From contig OZ245006.1 of the NCBI GenBank assembly GCA_965223545.1, forward strand, positions 3,392,001-3,456,000: DNA of 64,000 bases, given 5' to 3'. Positions 19,182 through 28,719 of the stretch are shown piece after piece. Position 1 is the first letter of the stretch, and each line of letters starts with the position of its first letter. The position numbers and the translations under genes were made by a program. The notes under the pieces are model-generated. The model did no database searches. It worked only from the letters and a program-made list of their open reading frames with translations, and had not been told where the DNA came from. Source of the stretch: Planctomycetota bacterium (GTDB lineage: Bacteria; Planctomycetota; UBA1135; UBA2386).

Positions 19182-20906
19182 GTGGTCGTGTCGATCCGGG
19201 CACTGTGCGCAGCTTCGCCACTTCGACGCACCACAGTCCTCCTGACCGTCGCGTTCTCAGCGACGTTGGCCTTGGTCCACGCCGGCGCGGCGGGCAGTGA
19301 CACGACACCTCCGGCGCCAGCAGCGGGCCCGGGACTGATGCCACGAGTGCCGACCTCAGGGCAGAAGACCGCCGAGCCGACGGGCACCGTCGACGGCCGC
19401 ATCGCGGTCCGCGCGGCCAGAGGCCCCGAGGTCGTGGTCGCCGGTCGGTGTGTCGACCGCAGGACGTGGCTCCCACTCGCTGGCTGCCGAGTCGAGCTGG
19501 AGGCCCTCGGCTCCGTCGCCGAAGAGCACCCCCGACCCGGACCACTCCGACGCGAAGGGACGTCGGGCGCCGATGGTCGGTTCCAGATCGCCGCGTCTCG
19601 ACACTTCCTCGAGAAGTTCCAGCTGCGCGTGGCCCGCGACGGGTACGGGGCCGTGCACAGCCCGGGGCGCATCGGAGACGCCAAGGACTCCGTCATTCTC
19701 GCCGGCGATGTGCCGATGAGCCCGGCGAGCACGCTCGAGGGCAGAGTCGTCGACCTGCACGGCGCCCCGGCGGCCGGCGTTCCGCTTTGGATCAGGCTGC
19801 GGCCCGCGCCGGAAGAGTGCGCGCCCGGGTTCCACGTCCGCGATTCAGCTTCGGTGACGACCACCGCCGACGGCTCGTTTCGCATCGAGGGCTTGGCTCC
19901 CGGCCGAGTGGACGCGATGCACACATCCGCCACTCCCTACGAGCTCGCGTTCGGGCCGCAGGGATTGACGCTGCATCGGGGCCAAGGCCGAGCGTACCTG
20001 GAGATCGTCGTCCGCCCGCGCGCAGTGCTCGAGGGAGTCGTGCTCGACGCGCGCGGCACACCGGTCGCCGACGCCACGGTGATCTGGCGCGACGCGCGCG
20101 ACGGCTCGCGGCGCTCGGCGCGTGCGACCGCGACTGGAGCGGACGGCCGCTTTCGACTGTGGCGCGGGCACGATTGGTTCAACGGCGGCTGCGGTCCCCG
20201 CGGCCGACTGCAGGTCGTGCATGCCGGATGCGACCCGATCGTGACCGAGGACAGCTACGAATGGGGACGGCGCGATGTGCTCATCGTCGCGCGGCGGCAA
20301 TCCCTGCTGCGGGTATCCGTGCGCTGCGCCGACCGGGGAACACCGATCGCGGCCTTTCGCGCGGCCGTGGTCCCCTGCGCCCCGGACAGCGCGGGAGAAC
20401 CCGGACGGTGGCACACCAGCGTCGCCGGCGGCGGTGAGATCGATCTGCCCGCACGCCGCGGAGTCAACGAGCTGCAAGTCTTACCCGAGAATCCCGCCTG
20501 GTCGCCCGTCGTGATGCGCGTGGCGATCGATGCGCCGGTCCGTGAGCTCGCCGTCGAGCTGCGCCGCAGGCACGAGTGCGCGCTGCGCGTGACCGTCGAC
20601 GGCAAGCCAGCGGTCGGCGCCTGGATCGAAGTCGCGCTGCCGACCGCGGGGACCGGCGAGGAGTTCATCCACGAGCTCGGCCGATCGCCCGGCCCGACTC
20701 TCGGTGCGGCGGCTCTCCTGCACCGCGCGCGTTGCGACGAAGACGGGATCGCGCGCGTCAGCGGACCGCCCACGACGACGCTGACACTGCAGGTGACAGG
20801 CGGCGGCCTTTCCAGCGGCCGAACGACCCGAGTCCGCCTCGATCCCGGTATCGCGCAGCTCGAGATCGCGCTCACGGCCAGCGGCGGCGACCGCGGCCGC
20901 GACTAG
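19182..20906 (+). CDS. Carboxypeptidase-regulatory-like (beta-sandwich) repeat protein
   Basis: Signal/TM; repeats LEGRVVDLHGAPAAG, TTADGSFRIEGLAPG, LEGVVLDARGTPVADA. Confidence 0.7.
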   Translation: MVVSIRALCAASPLRRTTVLLTVAFSATLALVHAGAAGSDTTPPAPAAGPGLMPRVPTSGQKTAEPTGTVDGRIAVRAARGPEVVVAGRCVDRRTWLPLAGCRVELEALGSVAEEHPRPGPLRREGTSGADGRFQIAASRHFLEKFQLRVARDGYGAVHSPGRIGDAKDSVILAGDVPMSPASTLEGRVVDLHGAPAAGVPLWIRLRPAPEECAPGFHVRDSASVTTTADGSFRIEGLAPGRVDAMHTSATPYELAFGPQGLTLHRGQGRAYLEIVVRPRAVLEGVVLDARGTPVADATVIWRDARDGSRRSARATATGADGRFRLWRGHDWFNGGCGPRGRLQVVHAGCDPIVTEDSYEWGRRDVLIVARRQSLLRVSVRCADRGTPIAAFRAAVVPCAPDSAGEPGRWHTSVAGGGEIDLPARRGVNELQVLPENPAWSPVVMRVAIDAPVRELAVELRRRHECALRVTVDGKPAVGAWIEVALPTAGTGEEFIHELGRSPGPTLGAAALLHRARCDEDGIARVSGPPTTTLTLQVTGGGLSSGRTTRVRLDPGIAQLEIALTASGGDRGRD

Positions 20907-20908
20907 CA

Positions 20909-22135
20909 CTAGCGAAACACGTCGGGCACGAGCTCCTCGATCCAAGCCGCCACTTCGCGCGCCACGATGGCGTTGCCGATTTCACTGTAGTGACCTCGCT
21001 CGGCGAACAACGCCGCGCCGTGCTCCCCATACCCCGCCGCCAAAGCGGCGATCACGTCACGCCCCGCATGCACCGCGGTCAACTGAGCCAGGAACGGCGC
21101 GTACGGGACTTCGTGCCCCCGCGCGACGTCGATGATGTCGGCATCCCCCGGCAGTAACACGAACGCGAAGCGCGCACCCTCGTCCTCCGCCAGCCGCCGC
21201 AGGTCGGCGACGATCCTCAGGGTCAGCTCGGAGGCTTCGCTGCCCGGTCGCAGCGCGGTGCGACGCAGGCTCACGTGCGGCGACCTGACGGCGGCGCTGG
21301 CCGCGAGTAGGCCGAGGACCCGGCTGCGCATCCACCACGCGCGGTCCCACATGCCGGGGGCGAAGAACGACTCGAGCGAGGCGAGCTCCCACGCCGCGAA
21401 GTCGCGCGCCGCGCGCGCCACCTCGGCCGGTCGAGCGGTCGGCACGTTGCGCAGGGCCAGGCCGTCGCCGGCGAGGACGAAACGCGGTTTCGAGAACGTC
21501 ATGTCCCGCATGCCGGGCTCGCGCACCACCGGCACGACGTTGACGTTGCGGACGACGTCGGCGGGGTGCAACCCCAGCAGCACCAGTCCCGGTCGGTAGG
21601 CGCGCCCGCACTCGCGGTAGCGCAGGTAGGCCTGGTCGACTCCGTAGGCGGGCACGCCGAGGTTCAGCACCTGCACGACCCGCTCGCCCGAGCTGAGCGC
21701 GCGCTCGGTGAGCGCCGGCCACGCGTGCTCGGCACCGACTTCGGACCCGTGCGTGAACGAGTCGCCGACGGCGACCACGCGGAGAGCGCTGCCATCGGCG
21801 TCGCGCGAGTACGACCGCGAGGCCTCGGCGACCCGGACTCCGCCGGCATCGTAGAACCCCCCTTCCCTCGGGTTGCGGGCCCCCTCCCGCGGCACCCACC
21901 CACAGACGGGGTGGTAGCGGAGATAGCCCCGCTCCGGATGCGCTTCGACCCGATCGGCGAAGTCCCGCAGGGCCTCGTGCGGCGCGGGGTCCGGCGGCAA
22001 TGCGACGCCCCAAAGGGTCTCCCGCCCAGCGCTGTCGACCTCCACGCAGGCCCACGCCACCCCCTCGGCGACCGCGAACGCGGCCACCCCTCCCCCCAGC
22101 ACGCTGAGGCCGACTCGCCAGAGCAAGCGACGCAT
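20909..22135 (-). CDS. SGNH/GDSL hydrolase-family protein
   Basis: VVAVGDSFTHG, LNLGVPAYG, GHYSEIGN; N-terminal TM. Confidence 0.85.
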   Translation of the reverse strand: MRRLLWRVGLSVLGGGVAAFAVAEGVAWACVEVDSAGRETLWGVALPPDPAPHEALRDFADRVEAHPERGYLRYHPVCGWVPREGARNPREGGFYDAGGVRVAEASRSYSRDADGSALRVVAVGDSFTHGSEVGAEHAWPALTERALSSGERVVQVLNLGVPAYGVDQAYLRYRECGRAYRPGLVLLGLHPADVVRNVNVVPVVREPGMRDMTFSKPRFVLAGDGLALRNVPTARPAEVARAARDFAAWELASLESFFAPGMWDRAWWMRSRVLGLLAASAAVRSPHVSLRRTALRPGSEASELTLRIVADLRRLAEDEGARFAFVLLPGDADIIDVARGHEVPYAPFLAQLTAVHAGRDVIAALAAGYGEHGAALFAERGHYSEIGNAIVAREVAAWIEELVPDVFR

Positions 22136-22158
22136 GGCCGCGAATCTGCCGCAGGTGC

Positions 22159-22194
22159 TTGACGCTTCCCATATGTCACTTTATGGTGACCTAT
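22159..22194 (+). promoter_or_regulatory. Sigma70-type promoter overlapped by palindromic operator (probable ArsR site)
   Basis: TTGACG(22159-64)-N17-TATGGT(22182-87); inverted repeat ATATGTCAC-N6-GTGACCTAT (22171-22194). Confidence 0.7.
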
Positions 22195-22218
22195 ACCTTG
22201 AACCAATTGGAGGCACCC

Positions 22219-22698
22219 TTGTCATCTCCCGCCACGCAACTCGACCCTCGCGCCGCGCGCTACGACCTCGAGATCCTCATCGACGCCCCCCGCGACCACG
22301 TCTGGAGCACGCTGATCCAACGCCCCAACGACTGGTGGATCGCCGACATGCGCTGCGTCGCCGCCGACGCCACCATCGCGCTGGATGCCCAGGCCGGCGG
22401 CGCGCTGGTCGAGCGCGCCGCCGACGGCGGCGAGCTGCTGTGGGGCACGGTGCTCGCGATTCAGCCGCGGCAGTCCCTCAACCTCGCCAGCGCGATCGCG
22501 CCGCCGTTCGGCGGACCTTGCCAGACGTATCTGCTGATCGAGCTGCTGGATCAAGGCAGCGCCACCGTGGTCCGCATGACGCACTCGTTGCACGGCCACT
22601 TCGGCGACGAGACGATCCCGCAGATGAAGGACGGCTGGCGCCTGCTGCTCGAGGGCCTCAAGGCCACCGCCGAGGAACGCCCGACCGCCAATGGCTGA
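22219..22698 (+). CDS. SRPBCC/AHSA1-like ligand-binding protein
   Basis: EILIDAPRDHVW...GWRLLLEGLK; GGAGG RBS before TTG. Confidence 0.85.
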   Translation: MSSPATQLDPRAARYDLEILIDAPRDHVWSTLIQRPNDWWIADMRCVAADATIALDAQAGGALVERAADGGELLWGTVLAIQPRQSLNLASAIAPPFGGPCQTYLLIELLDQGSATVVRMTHSLHGHFGDETIPQMKDGWRLLLEGLKATAEERPTANG

Positions 22699-23707
22699 CG
22701 CCGATCGCATCTGGAAGGCGCTGTCGGACCCCACGCGGCGGGCGATGCTGGATCTGCTCGCCGAGGGGCCGCGGACCACCGGCGATCTGTGCGCTCGTTT
22801 CGAGCGCGCGGGGCGCGACCGTCTCGGCCGCACCGGCGTGCTCAAGCATCTGGACCTGCTGCGCGACACGCGGCTGATCCTGACTCGCCGCGACGGCCGC
22901 GTGCGCTGGAACTCGCTCAACCCCGCGCCGATCCAGCTGGTCTGCGACCGCTGGGTCAGCCGCCACGTGCGCGGTGCCACCAGCGCGCTGCTGCGCCTCA
23001 AGCAGGCCGCCGAGGAGCGCGGTCCGGCCCGCGCGGACGCCGCGCTGCCGGTCGGCTCCGCGGTCGCGGGAGGGCCCGCCGGCAGCTTGCGCGTCAGCAC
23101 TCTGCGCGGCGAGCGCATCGCCCTGCGCCGCGTCGCGCCCGACCGCGACGCCGACGCGCTGTACGAATGCGCCCACGGCACGCCTCGGCGCGAAGCCGTC
23201 TGGACCTACATGGGCTACGGCCCCTTCGCCGACCGGTCCGCGATGCACACCTGGCTCGAGCAATGCGCGGCATCGACCGACCCGCTGTTCTTGACGGTCC
23301 ACGATCGCGGCGCACGCACGCCGATCGGCATGGCGTCGTTCTTGGCCATCGACCGCAGCCAACGCCGCGTCGAGCTCGGCCACATCTGGTACGGCCCCGG
23401 CGCGCAGCGCTCGACCGCCAATACCGAGGCGGTCTACCTCATGCTGCGCGAGGCGTTCGCGCGGCACTACCGCCGGGTCGAATGGAAGTGCGACGCGCTC
23501 AACCAGCGCTCGCGCGCCGCCGCACTGCGGCTGGGGTTCACCTTCGAAGGGCTGTTCCGCCAGCACCTGATCGTCAAGGGGCGCAACCGCGACACCGCCT
23601 GGTTCTCGATGGTCGATTCGGAATGGGAACCGGCGCGGGAAGCGTTGGAAACGTGGTTGCAGTGGAAGGACGACGACCGGCCGCCGCTGGCATCGCTGCG
23701 CGGATGA
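22691..23707 (+). CDS. ArsR-family HTH fused to RimJ/RimL-type GNAT acetyltransferase
   Basis: KALSDPTRRAMLDLL..KHLDLL (ArsR), then VELGHIWY, YRRVEWKCDALN..SR..A.RLGF.FEG.FRQ..KGRNRDTAWFS. Confidence 0.88.
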   Translation: MADADRIWKALSDPTRRAMLDLLAEGPRTTGDLCARFERAGRDRLGRTGVLKHLDLLRDTRLILTRRDGRVRWNSLNPAPIQLVCDRWVSRHVRGATSALLRLKQAAEERGPARADAALPVGSAVAGGPAGSLRVSTLRGERIALRRVAPDRDADALYECAHGTPRREAVWTYMGYGPFADRSAMHTWLEQCAASTDPLFLTVHDRGARTPIGMASFLAIDRSQRRVELGHIWYGPGAQRSTANTEAVYLMLREAFARHYRRVEWKCDALNQRSRAAALRLGFTFEGLFRQHLIVKGRNRDTAWFSMVDSEWEPAREALETWLQWKDDDRPPLASLRG

Positions 23708-23786
23708 GGCGCGGCGGGGGAGGCAGTCGGCGCCCAGTCGGCGATCCGAGGTGCCAGCGGGCTCACGAATCGGGACACTGGCGGCC

Positions 23787-24539
23787 ATGGATGAGATCTT
23801 TGGCGCGTTCGAAGTGCACGACCCCGCAGGGATCCGCGCGACGCTGGCGGCGGGCACCGATCCGCGCGCGGTGGTGAGAGGCCGTTCGTTGACGATGGCG
23901 CTCGTCGAGATGTACACGCGGTCGCCGCGTTTCGCGGAGTGCATGGCCGCGATGCTGGACGCTGGCGGAACGCTCGGGGATCCCGTGCTCGAGGCGTGCC
24001 TGCTCGACGACGACGCGGCGCTGGCAGCGCACCTCGCAGAGGACGCGCGCCACGGCGACCGGCGCTTCGACCTCGCCTGTGCCTACACCTCGCTGCGCGG
24101 CGCGAGCGCGTTGCACGTGTGTGCCGAGTACAATTCGGTGCGCTGCCTGCGCGTGCTACTGGACGCCGGCCTCGACGTCGACACACCAGCAGGAGTCGAT
24201 GCGGACGGGATCGGCGGCCACACGGCGATCTTCCACACCGTCAACAGCAACGGTGCTCATTGCCGGCCCGCCCTGGAGCTGCTGGTCGATGCCGGCGCGC
24301 GGCTCGACCTCCTGGTCCCGCGGCTGTCGTGGGGCGGCGGCTTCGAGTGGGAGACGCTGATCTTCGACGTGACCCCGGTGTCCTACGCCCAGTGCGGGCT
24401 CTATCACCAGTTCCACCGGCGCGAGGAACCGCTGTACGACAACATCGAATTCATGCTGGAGCGGCGCGAGGGGCACCGGCCTCCGCGGCGCAACGTGCCC
24501 AACCGCTACGCGCAGGACGGCGGGTATCCGCGGAACTGA
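23787..24539 (+). CDS. Ankyrin-repeat protein
   Basis: GASALHVCAEYNSVRCLRVLLDAGLDVD, GHTAIFH..LELLVDAGA. Confidence 0.8.
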   Translation: MDEIFGAFEVHDPAGIRATLAAGTDPRAVVRGRSLTMALVEMYTRSPRFAECMAAMLDAGGTLGDPVLEACLLDDDAALAAHLAEDARHGDRRFDLACAYTSLRGASALHVCAEYNSVRCLRVLLDAGLDVDTPAGVDADGIGGHTAIFHTVNSNGAHCRPALELLVDAGARLDLLVPRLSWGGGFEWETLIFDVTPVSYAQCGLYHQFHRREEPLYDNIEFMLERREGHRPPRRNVPNRYAQDGGYPRN

Positions 24540-24564
24540 CGGGCGCCGAGACCGCGCGTTCTCG

Positions 24565-25764
24565 TCATCCGCCCGCGGGCAGCGGGATTAGCGGAGTGCT
24601 CGCCCGGAGCTCCGCCAACAGCACGAGCGCGTCGAAGCGAAACACCAAGGCGTGAAGCTCGGCCTGCTCGCGCCGCGCGGTCTTGTTGCTCAACGCCGGA
24701 CGCAGGGCGCGCAGGTCGATCACGCTGTCGGCGCCGTCTTCGGGCAGGGCGGCGAGCAGCCGCGCCGTCGGCGACGCCGGGTCGATGAGGTCGCGCTCCG
24801 CGCCATCGGCGGCCACCGACTTCTTGCCGAAGACGAACACGTGGAACGAGTCGCCGCCGCGGGCGACCGCCGCCTCGGCCGCGTGGTTGCCGATGTCGAG
24901 CTGATCGAACGGGCTGTAGCCGCGGCCGGCGTGGGCCGCACCGAACTTGAGCAGGACCTTGCCGGGCTCGGCGGCGAGGCGGTCGGCGAAGTGGCGCTTC
25001 ATCAGCGCGATCCGGCTGCGGTTGTTCTCGTAGTAGCGGCCACCGTGATAGTGCCCGTAGATCTCCTGGGACGCCCGCAGCTCGGCGAGCATGCGGCGGA
25101 GGGCAGCGTCTTCGTCGGCGAACGCGGCATCCAGCGCGCGCCAGGCTTCGGCGTCGGCGCGCGCCATGAAGCCCTTGGACGGGTCGCGGGTGGCCATGAA
25201 GTGCGCCAGCGCATCTTGTTCGCGGGCGCTCCAGTCACTCGCGAGCGCGCGCGCGTCTTCCGAAGCGGCGTTCGCGGCGAGATGCGAAAGGAGGAAGCCG
25301 GGCGAGCCAGTGAACTCCTGGTCCAGCCCCCACACTCCATAGTCCCCGGCAACTGCGTCGGCGAACAGCTGCGCTTCCTCCTGCCAGAACAAGAACGCGA
25401 CGGCGAACGGGTAGCTGCGGACAAAACCGACCACGCCCGCGGCACCGTCCGCGCGCGCCACGCCGACCAAGTGGTCGGTCGTGCACGGGCCGGTCTCGGT
25501 GGCAAACGAGCGGTAGCCATGCGCGCGCAGCTCGTCCAACAGCCAGCCCGTCAGCGTGCAGGTCTCGACGTTGCCGTGGCTCTCGCCGATCACGGTGAAC
25601 TCGGCCCGCGCGGCTTCTCGCAGCAGGAACTCGGCGCCCGCCGCGGACGGCGTGGACTCCCGCCACTCGAAGGGCAGCCGGCTGGCCGCGATCCGCTCGT
25701 CGAGGCTCTGCGCGGGGATGAGGGTCGTCAAACAGAGAAGGGCAAGCGAATGGCGTAGCATCAC
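24565..25764 (-). CDS. Secreted hypothetical protein, possibly EreA/ChaN-like hydrolase fold
   Basis: Signal peptide; IGESHG, ATETGP, WGLDQEF, KFGAAH; coupled to TetR gene. Confidence 0.55.
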   Translation of the reverse strand: MMLRHSLALLCLTTLIPAQSLDERIAASRLPFEWRESTPSAAGAEFLLREAARAEFTVIGESHGNVETCTLTGWLLDELRAHGYRSFATETGPCTTDHLVGVARADGAAGVVGFVRSYPFAVAFLFWQEEAQLFADAVAGDYGVWGLDQEFTGSPGFLLSHLAANAASEDARALASDWSAREQDALAHFMATRDPSKGFMARADAEAWRALDAAFADEDAALRRMLAELRASQEIYGHYHGGRYYENNRSRIALMKRHFADRLAAEPGKVLLKFGAAHAGRGYSPFDQLDIGNHAAEAAVARGGDSFHVFVFGKKSVAADGAERDLIDPASPTARLLAALPEDGADSVIDLRALRPALSNKTARREQAELHALVFRFDALVLLAELRASTPLIPLPAGG

Positions 25765-26477
25765 GGGGTCGACTCAGGATGAGGAAGGAAGACGCGGCGG
25801 GCCACGTGCAGCACGGTCTCGCGCGCGACTGCGTCGTCGGCAAAGCGATCGTTGCGCGAGCTGTACTTGCGGCCTCGGGTGAACTCGCCGCACAGCTCGA
25901 TGACGAAGTGCGCGGCGACGCGCGCGTCGGGCGTCGCGACCAGCGCTCCCGTTTCGCATCGCGAAGCCAAATATCGCGCGAGCAACTCCACCGTCAGCCG
26001 CCGCACCCCGGCGTGATAGACGCCGGCGAGCTCCGGCCACTCGCGCGCCGACACGTCGAGCATGCAGATGGCGAGCGCGTAGTGATCCATGACGTCGTAG
26101 AGCTCGCCGATCACGGCGTCGAGCTCGGCGGCCACGGCGCCCGGAGACGCAGCGGTGGTGGCGCTGGCGCGCAGGCGCGGGGTGAAGTCGCGCCCTTCGA
26201 CGAAGTCGCGCACGTACGCGGCGAGCGCCGCCCGCGTCGGCGGCGGTCCGGCGAGCAGCTCCGCGACCGCCGCCGGCTTCTCGTGGAAGGCGTGGCGCAG
26301 CGCCGCGGCGAACAGCGCTTCCTTGCTCTTGGAGTAGCGATACAGGGTGCCCAGCGCGACGCCGGATGCCGCGGCGATGTCGAGCATCTGCGCGCGCTTG
26401 AAGCCGAACCGAGCGAACGTCGCGGCGGCGCCGGCGACGATCGAGGCAGTGCGGGTGGCTTGGCGGGTGGCGGGCAT
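25761..26477 (-). CDS. TetR/AcrR-family regulator
   Basis: FARFGFKRAQMLDIAAASGVALGTLYRYSKSKEALF HTH. Confidence 0.92.
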   Translation of the reverse strand: MPATRQATRTASIVAGAAATFARFGFKRAQMLDIAAASGVALGTLYRYSKSKEALFAAALRHAFHEKPAAVAELLAGPPPTRAALAAYVRDFVEGRDFTPRLRASATTAASPGAVAAELDAVIGELYDVMDHYALAICMLDVSAREWPELAGVYHAGVRRLTVELLARYLASRCETGALVATPDARVAAHFVIELCGEFTRGRKYSSRNDRFADDAVARETVLHVARRVFLPHPESTP

Positions 26478-26486
26478 CGGCCTACT

Positions 26487-26505
26487 AGAATGAAGCGTTC
26501 ATTCT
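26487..26505. promoter_or_regulatory. Perfect palindrome, probable TetR operator
   Basis: AGAATGAA-GCG-TTCATTCT starting about 10 nt upstream of the TetR start. Confidence 0.72.
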
Positions 26506-26624
26506 TATTTGGCAAGCCCGGTTTCTTCGAGTAGTGCTCGGGCTGCCTGTCACGGACCGCACCCGGCCTCCCATCTCCCGAGGGTCCGGCGCGCAGCGCG
26601 CCAACCAACACCGGAGACCAACCC

Positions 26625-27524
26625 GTGAAGACCCTCGTCACCGCCGTCCGCCTCTGCCTCGTCGCCGCCGTCCTGAGCGTGGCGGCACCCGCCCAGTTCT
26701 TCTACATCACCACGCCGCTGCTGTTCTCGTGGGAGATCTCAGCGCCCGCCGCGATCGTCGTGGACGCCAGCGATGGCCGGATCCTGTGGGGCAAGGCCGC
26801 GCACCAGCGCCGCGCCAACGCCAGCACGACGAAGATGGTCACCGCCCTGGTGGCGCGCGACTTCTCGCGGCTGCCGCTCGGCCATCCGGCGCGCCGGTCG
26901 TTGGGCAGCACGGTCTCGGTCGGCTGGAAGCCGCCGCTGCTCAACGTCGGCGGCGGCGGCAGCGCCAACCTCCAGTACGGCGAGCGCCTGACGCTGCACG
27001 ACGCGTTGCGCTTCTTGATGCTGCCGTCGGCGAACGACGCCGCCGTCGCGATCGCGGAGCACTGCGCGTTCACCGAGTTGCAGTTCGTCTCCCTGATGAA
27101 CCAGAAGGTGGCGCAGCTCGGGCTGACCGACACGTTCTTCGTCACGGCACACGGCGCGGAGATCTGGCCGATCACGAACGCGCACTATTCGAGTGCCTAC
27201 GACCTGGCGCAGATCGGCCGGCGCGTGCTCGCCGACCCCGTGCTGGCGGCGATCGTCGGCGCGGGATCGCTGTCGGTGAAGACGTCGCGGCAGGGCAACG
27301 TCACCATCTACGACACGAACAAGTTCGTGCTCTACCAGAGCTACAGCGGCATCGTCGGCATCAAGACCGGCACGACGCCGTCGGCGGGGCGCTGCCTGGT
27401 GTCGGCGGCGACGCGGTCGGGCCGCACCGTGATCAGCGTGGTGCTCGGCGCGAGCTCCGATGCGGCGCGCTACGCCGACGCCCGGCGGCTGATGGACCAC
27501 GGCTTCGCTTGTCTGGGGCTGTAG
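26625..27524 (+). CDS. D-alanyl-D-alanine carboxypeptidase (peptidase S11)
   Basis: ASTTK (SxxK), SAN (SxN), IKTGTT (KTG); signal peptide. Confidence 0.9.
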   Translation: MKTLVTAVRLCLVAAVLSVAAPAQFFYITTPLLFSWEISAPAAIVVDASDGRILWGKAAHQRRANASTTKMVTALVARDFSRLPLGHPARRSLGSTVSVGWKPPLLNVGGGGSANLQYGERLTLHDALRFLMLPSANDAAVAIAEHCAFTELQFVSLMNQKVAQLGLTDTFFVTAHGAEIWPITNAHYSSAYDLAQIGRRVLADPVLAAIVGAGSLSVKTSRQGNVTIYDTNKFVLYQSYSGIVGIKTGTTPSAGRCLVSAATRSGRTVISVVLGASSDAARYADARRLMDHGFACLGL

Positions 27525-27544
27525 CGCAGCGGCGGTGCGCGCGC

Positions 27545-28186
27545 TCAGGTGCGCGCCGGCTCGACGGCGTCGATTTCCATGACGCGCGCGATCCAGGCCC
27601 TGGTCGCGGCGAACTCCGGCGCCAGATCGCAGCGCTCGGCGGCGAACCGCGCGGGGCTGCCTTCGGACAAAGTCGTGGGGTCGGTCACCGCGAAGCGGAA
27701 GAACGGCGCCACGGTGAGGTCGGCGGCGTTGGGGCGGTCGCCGCCGAGATACGGTGCCTCGGAGAGAGCGCTTTCGACCCGCTGGGGCAGCTCGTTGAAG
27801 CGCGCCTGGACCCGGGCGTTGACGGCGGGATCGTCGGTGCCGGCGAGGAAGCCCTGCAGCAGCATCGCCAGCGTGGAGCCCACCTCGTCGACGGCGAACC
27901 GCTCCCAGGTCTGGATCGCGCGCTGCCCGTCGCGGGTCGCGGCAAACAGGCGCGGCTCGGGCCAGTTGGCGTCGAGGTAGCGCACGATGCCGAACGAGTC
28001 GTAGACGACGCGGTCTCCGTCGAGGAGCACCGGCGTCAGCGGCTGGCCGCTGCGGGCGATGACCTCGTCGCGATCGGCGAACCCGACTTCGATGGTGTCG
28101 AAGGCGAGGCCCTTCAGCTTCAGGGCGAGGCGCACCTTGGTGTTGTGCGGAGAGGGCGGAAGGGTCAGGAGAGTGAGCTTGGACAT
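27545..28186 (-). CDS. Glutathione S-transferase-family protein
   Basis: SPHNTKVRLALKLKGL, SGQPLTPVL, DSFGIVRYLD, YLGGDRPNAADL. Confidence 0.88.
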   Translation of the reverse strand: MSKLTLLTLPPSPHNTKVRLALKLKGLAFDTIEVGFADRDEVIARSGQPLTPVLLDGDRVVYDSFGIVRYLDANWPEPRLFAATRDGQRAIQTWERFAVDEVGSTLAMLLQGFLAGTDDPAVNARVQARFNELPQRVESALSEAPYLGGDRPNAADLTVAPFFRFAVTDPTTLSEGSPARFAAERCDLAPEFAATRAWIARVMEIDAVEPART

Positions 28187-28210
28187 GGTTCCTCGCGGCT
28201 TCTGCTTGTC

Positions 28211-28254
28211 ACTTGTGTTTTGCAAGCTACATGGACGGCTTGCAAAATGCAAGC
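28211..28254. promoter_or_regulatory. Two tandem operator boxes between divergent GST and HxlR genes
   Basis: ACTTGTG-TTT-TGCAAGC (28211-27) and perfect GCTTGCA-AAA-TGCAAGC (28238-54). Confidence 0.7.
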
Positions 28255-28273
28255 GACCATCGACAATCGCCTC

Positions 28274-28690
28274 ATGTCTGCCGACCGCCGATGCCACGCG
28301 TCGGGCTGCCCGATCGCGCTGTCGCTGGACGTCTTCGGCGACCGTTGGACGCTGCTCGTGCTGCGCGACCTGTTGTTCCGCGGCAAACGGCGCTTCTCGG
28401 AGTTCGCGGCCGCCCCGGAGGCCATCGCCACCAACGTGCTCGCCGACCGCCTGCGCCGCCTCGAGCAGGACGGCGTGGTCGCGCGGCACCACGACCCCGC
28501 CGACGGCCGCCGCTGGCTCTACCGCGCCACCGAGAAGGGCGCTGACCTGATCCCGGTGCTGCTCGAGATCGTGCATTGGGGCACGGTGCACGGCGGCGGG
28601 GCGCGCGCGCCGGCGGAGTTCGCGCGGCGGCTGCGCGCCGACCGCGAGGGGTTCATCGCGGAGCTGCGCGCGCGTTGTCTGGGGGAGTAG
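28274..28690 (+). CDS. HxlR/DUF24 winged-helix regulator
   Basis: SGCPIALSLDVFGDRWTLLVLRDL, RFSEF, LADRLRRLE, YRATEKG. Confidence 0.92.
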   Translation: MSADRRCHASGCPIALSLDVFGDRWTLLVLRDLLFRGKRRFSEFAAAPEAIATNVLADRLRRLEQDGVVARHHDPADGRRWLYRATEKGADLIPVLLEIVHWGTVHGGGARAPAEFARRLRADREGFIAELRARCLGE

Positions 28691-28695
28691 GTGAT

Positions 28696-28719
28696 GAATC
28701 GGAGCCTGGCTCCGTACGT
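28696..28719. repeat. REP-like repeat, short copy
   Basis: GAATCGGAGCCTGGCTCCGTACGT between convergent genes; resembles 43995-44016. Confidence 0.65.

Noticed and set aside
26534..28690. 718-aa plus-strand ORF
   Set aside because: Only the C-terminal HxlR part is real; the rest overlaps the S11 and GST genes
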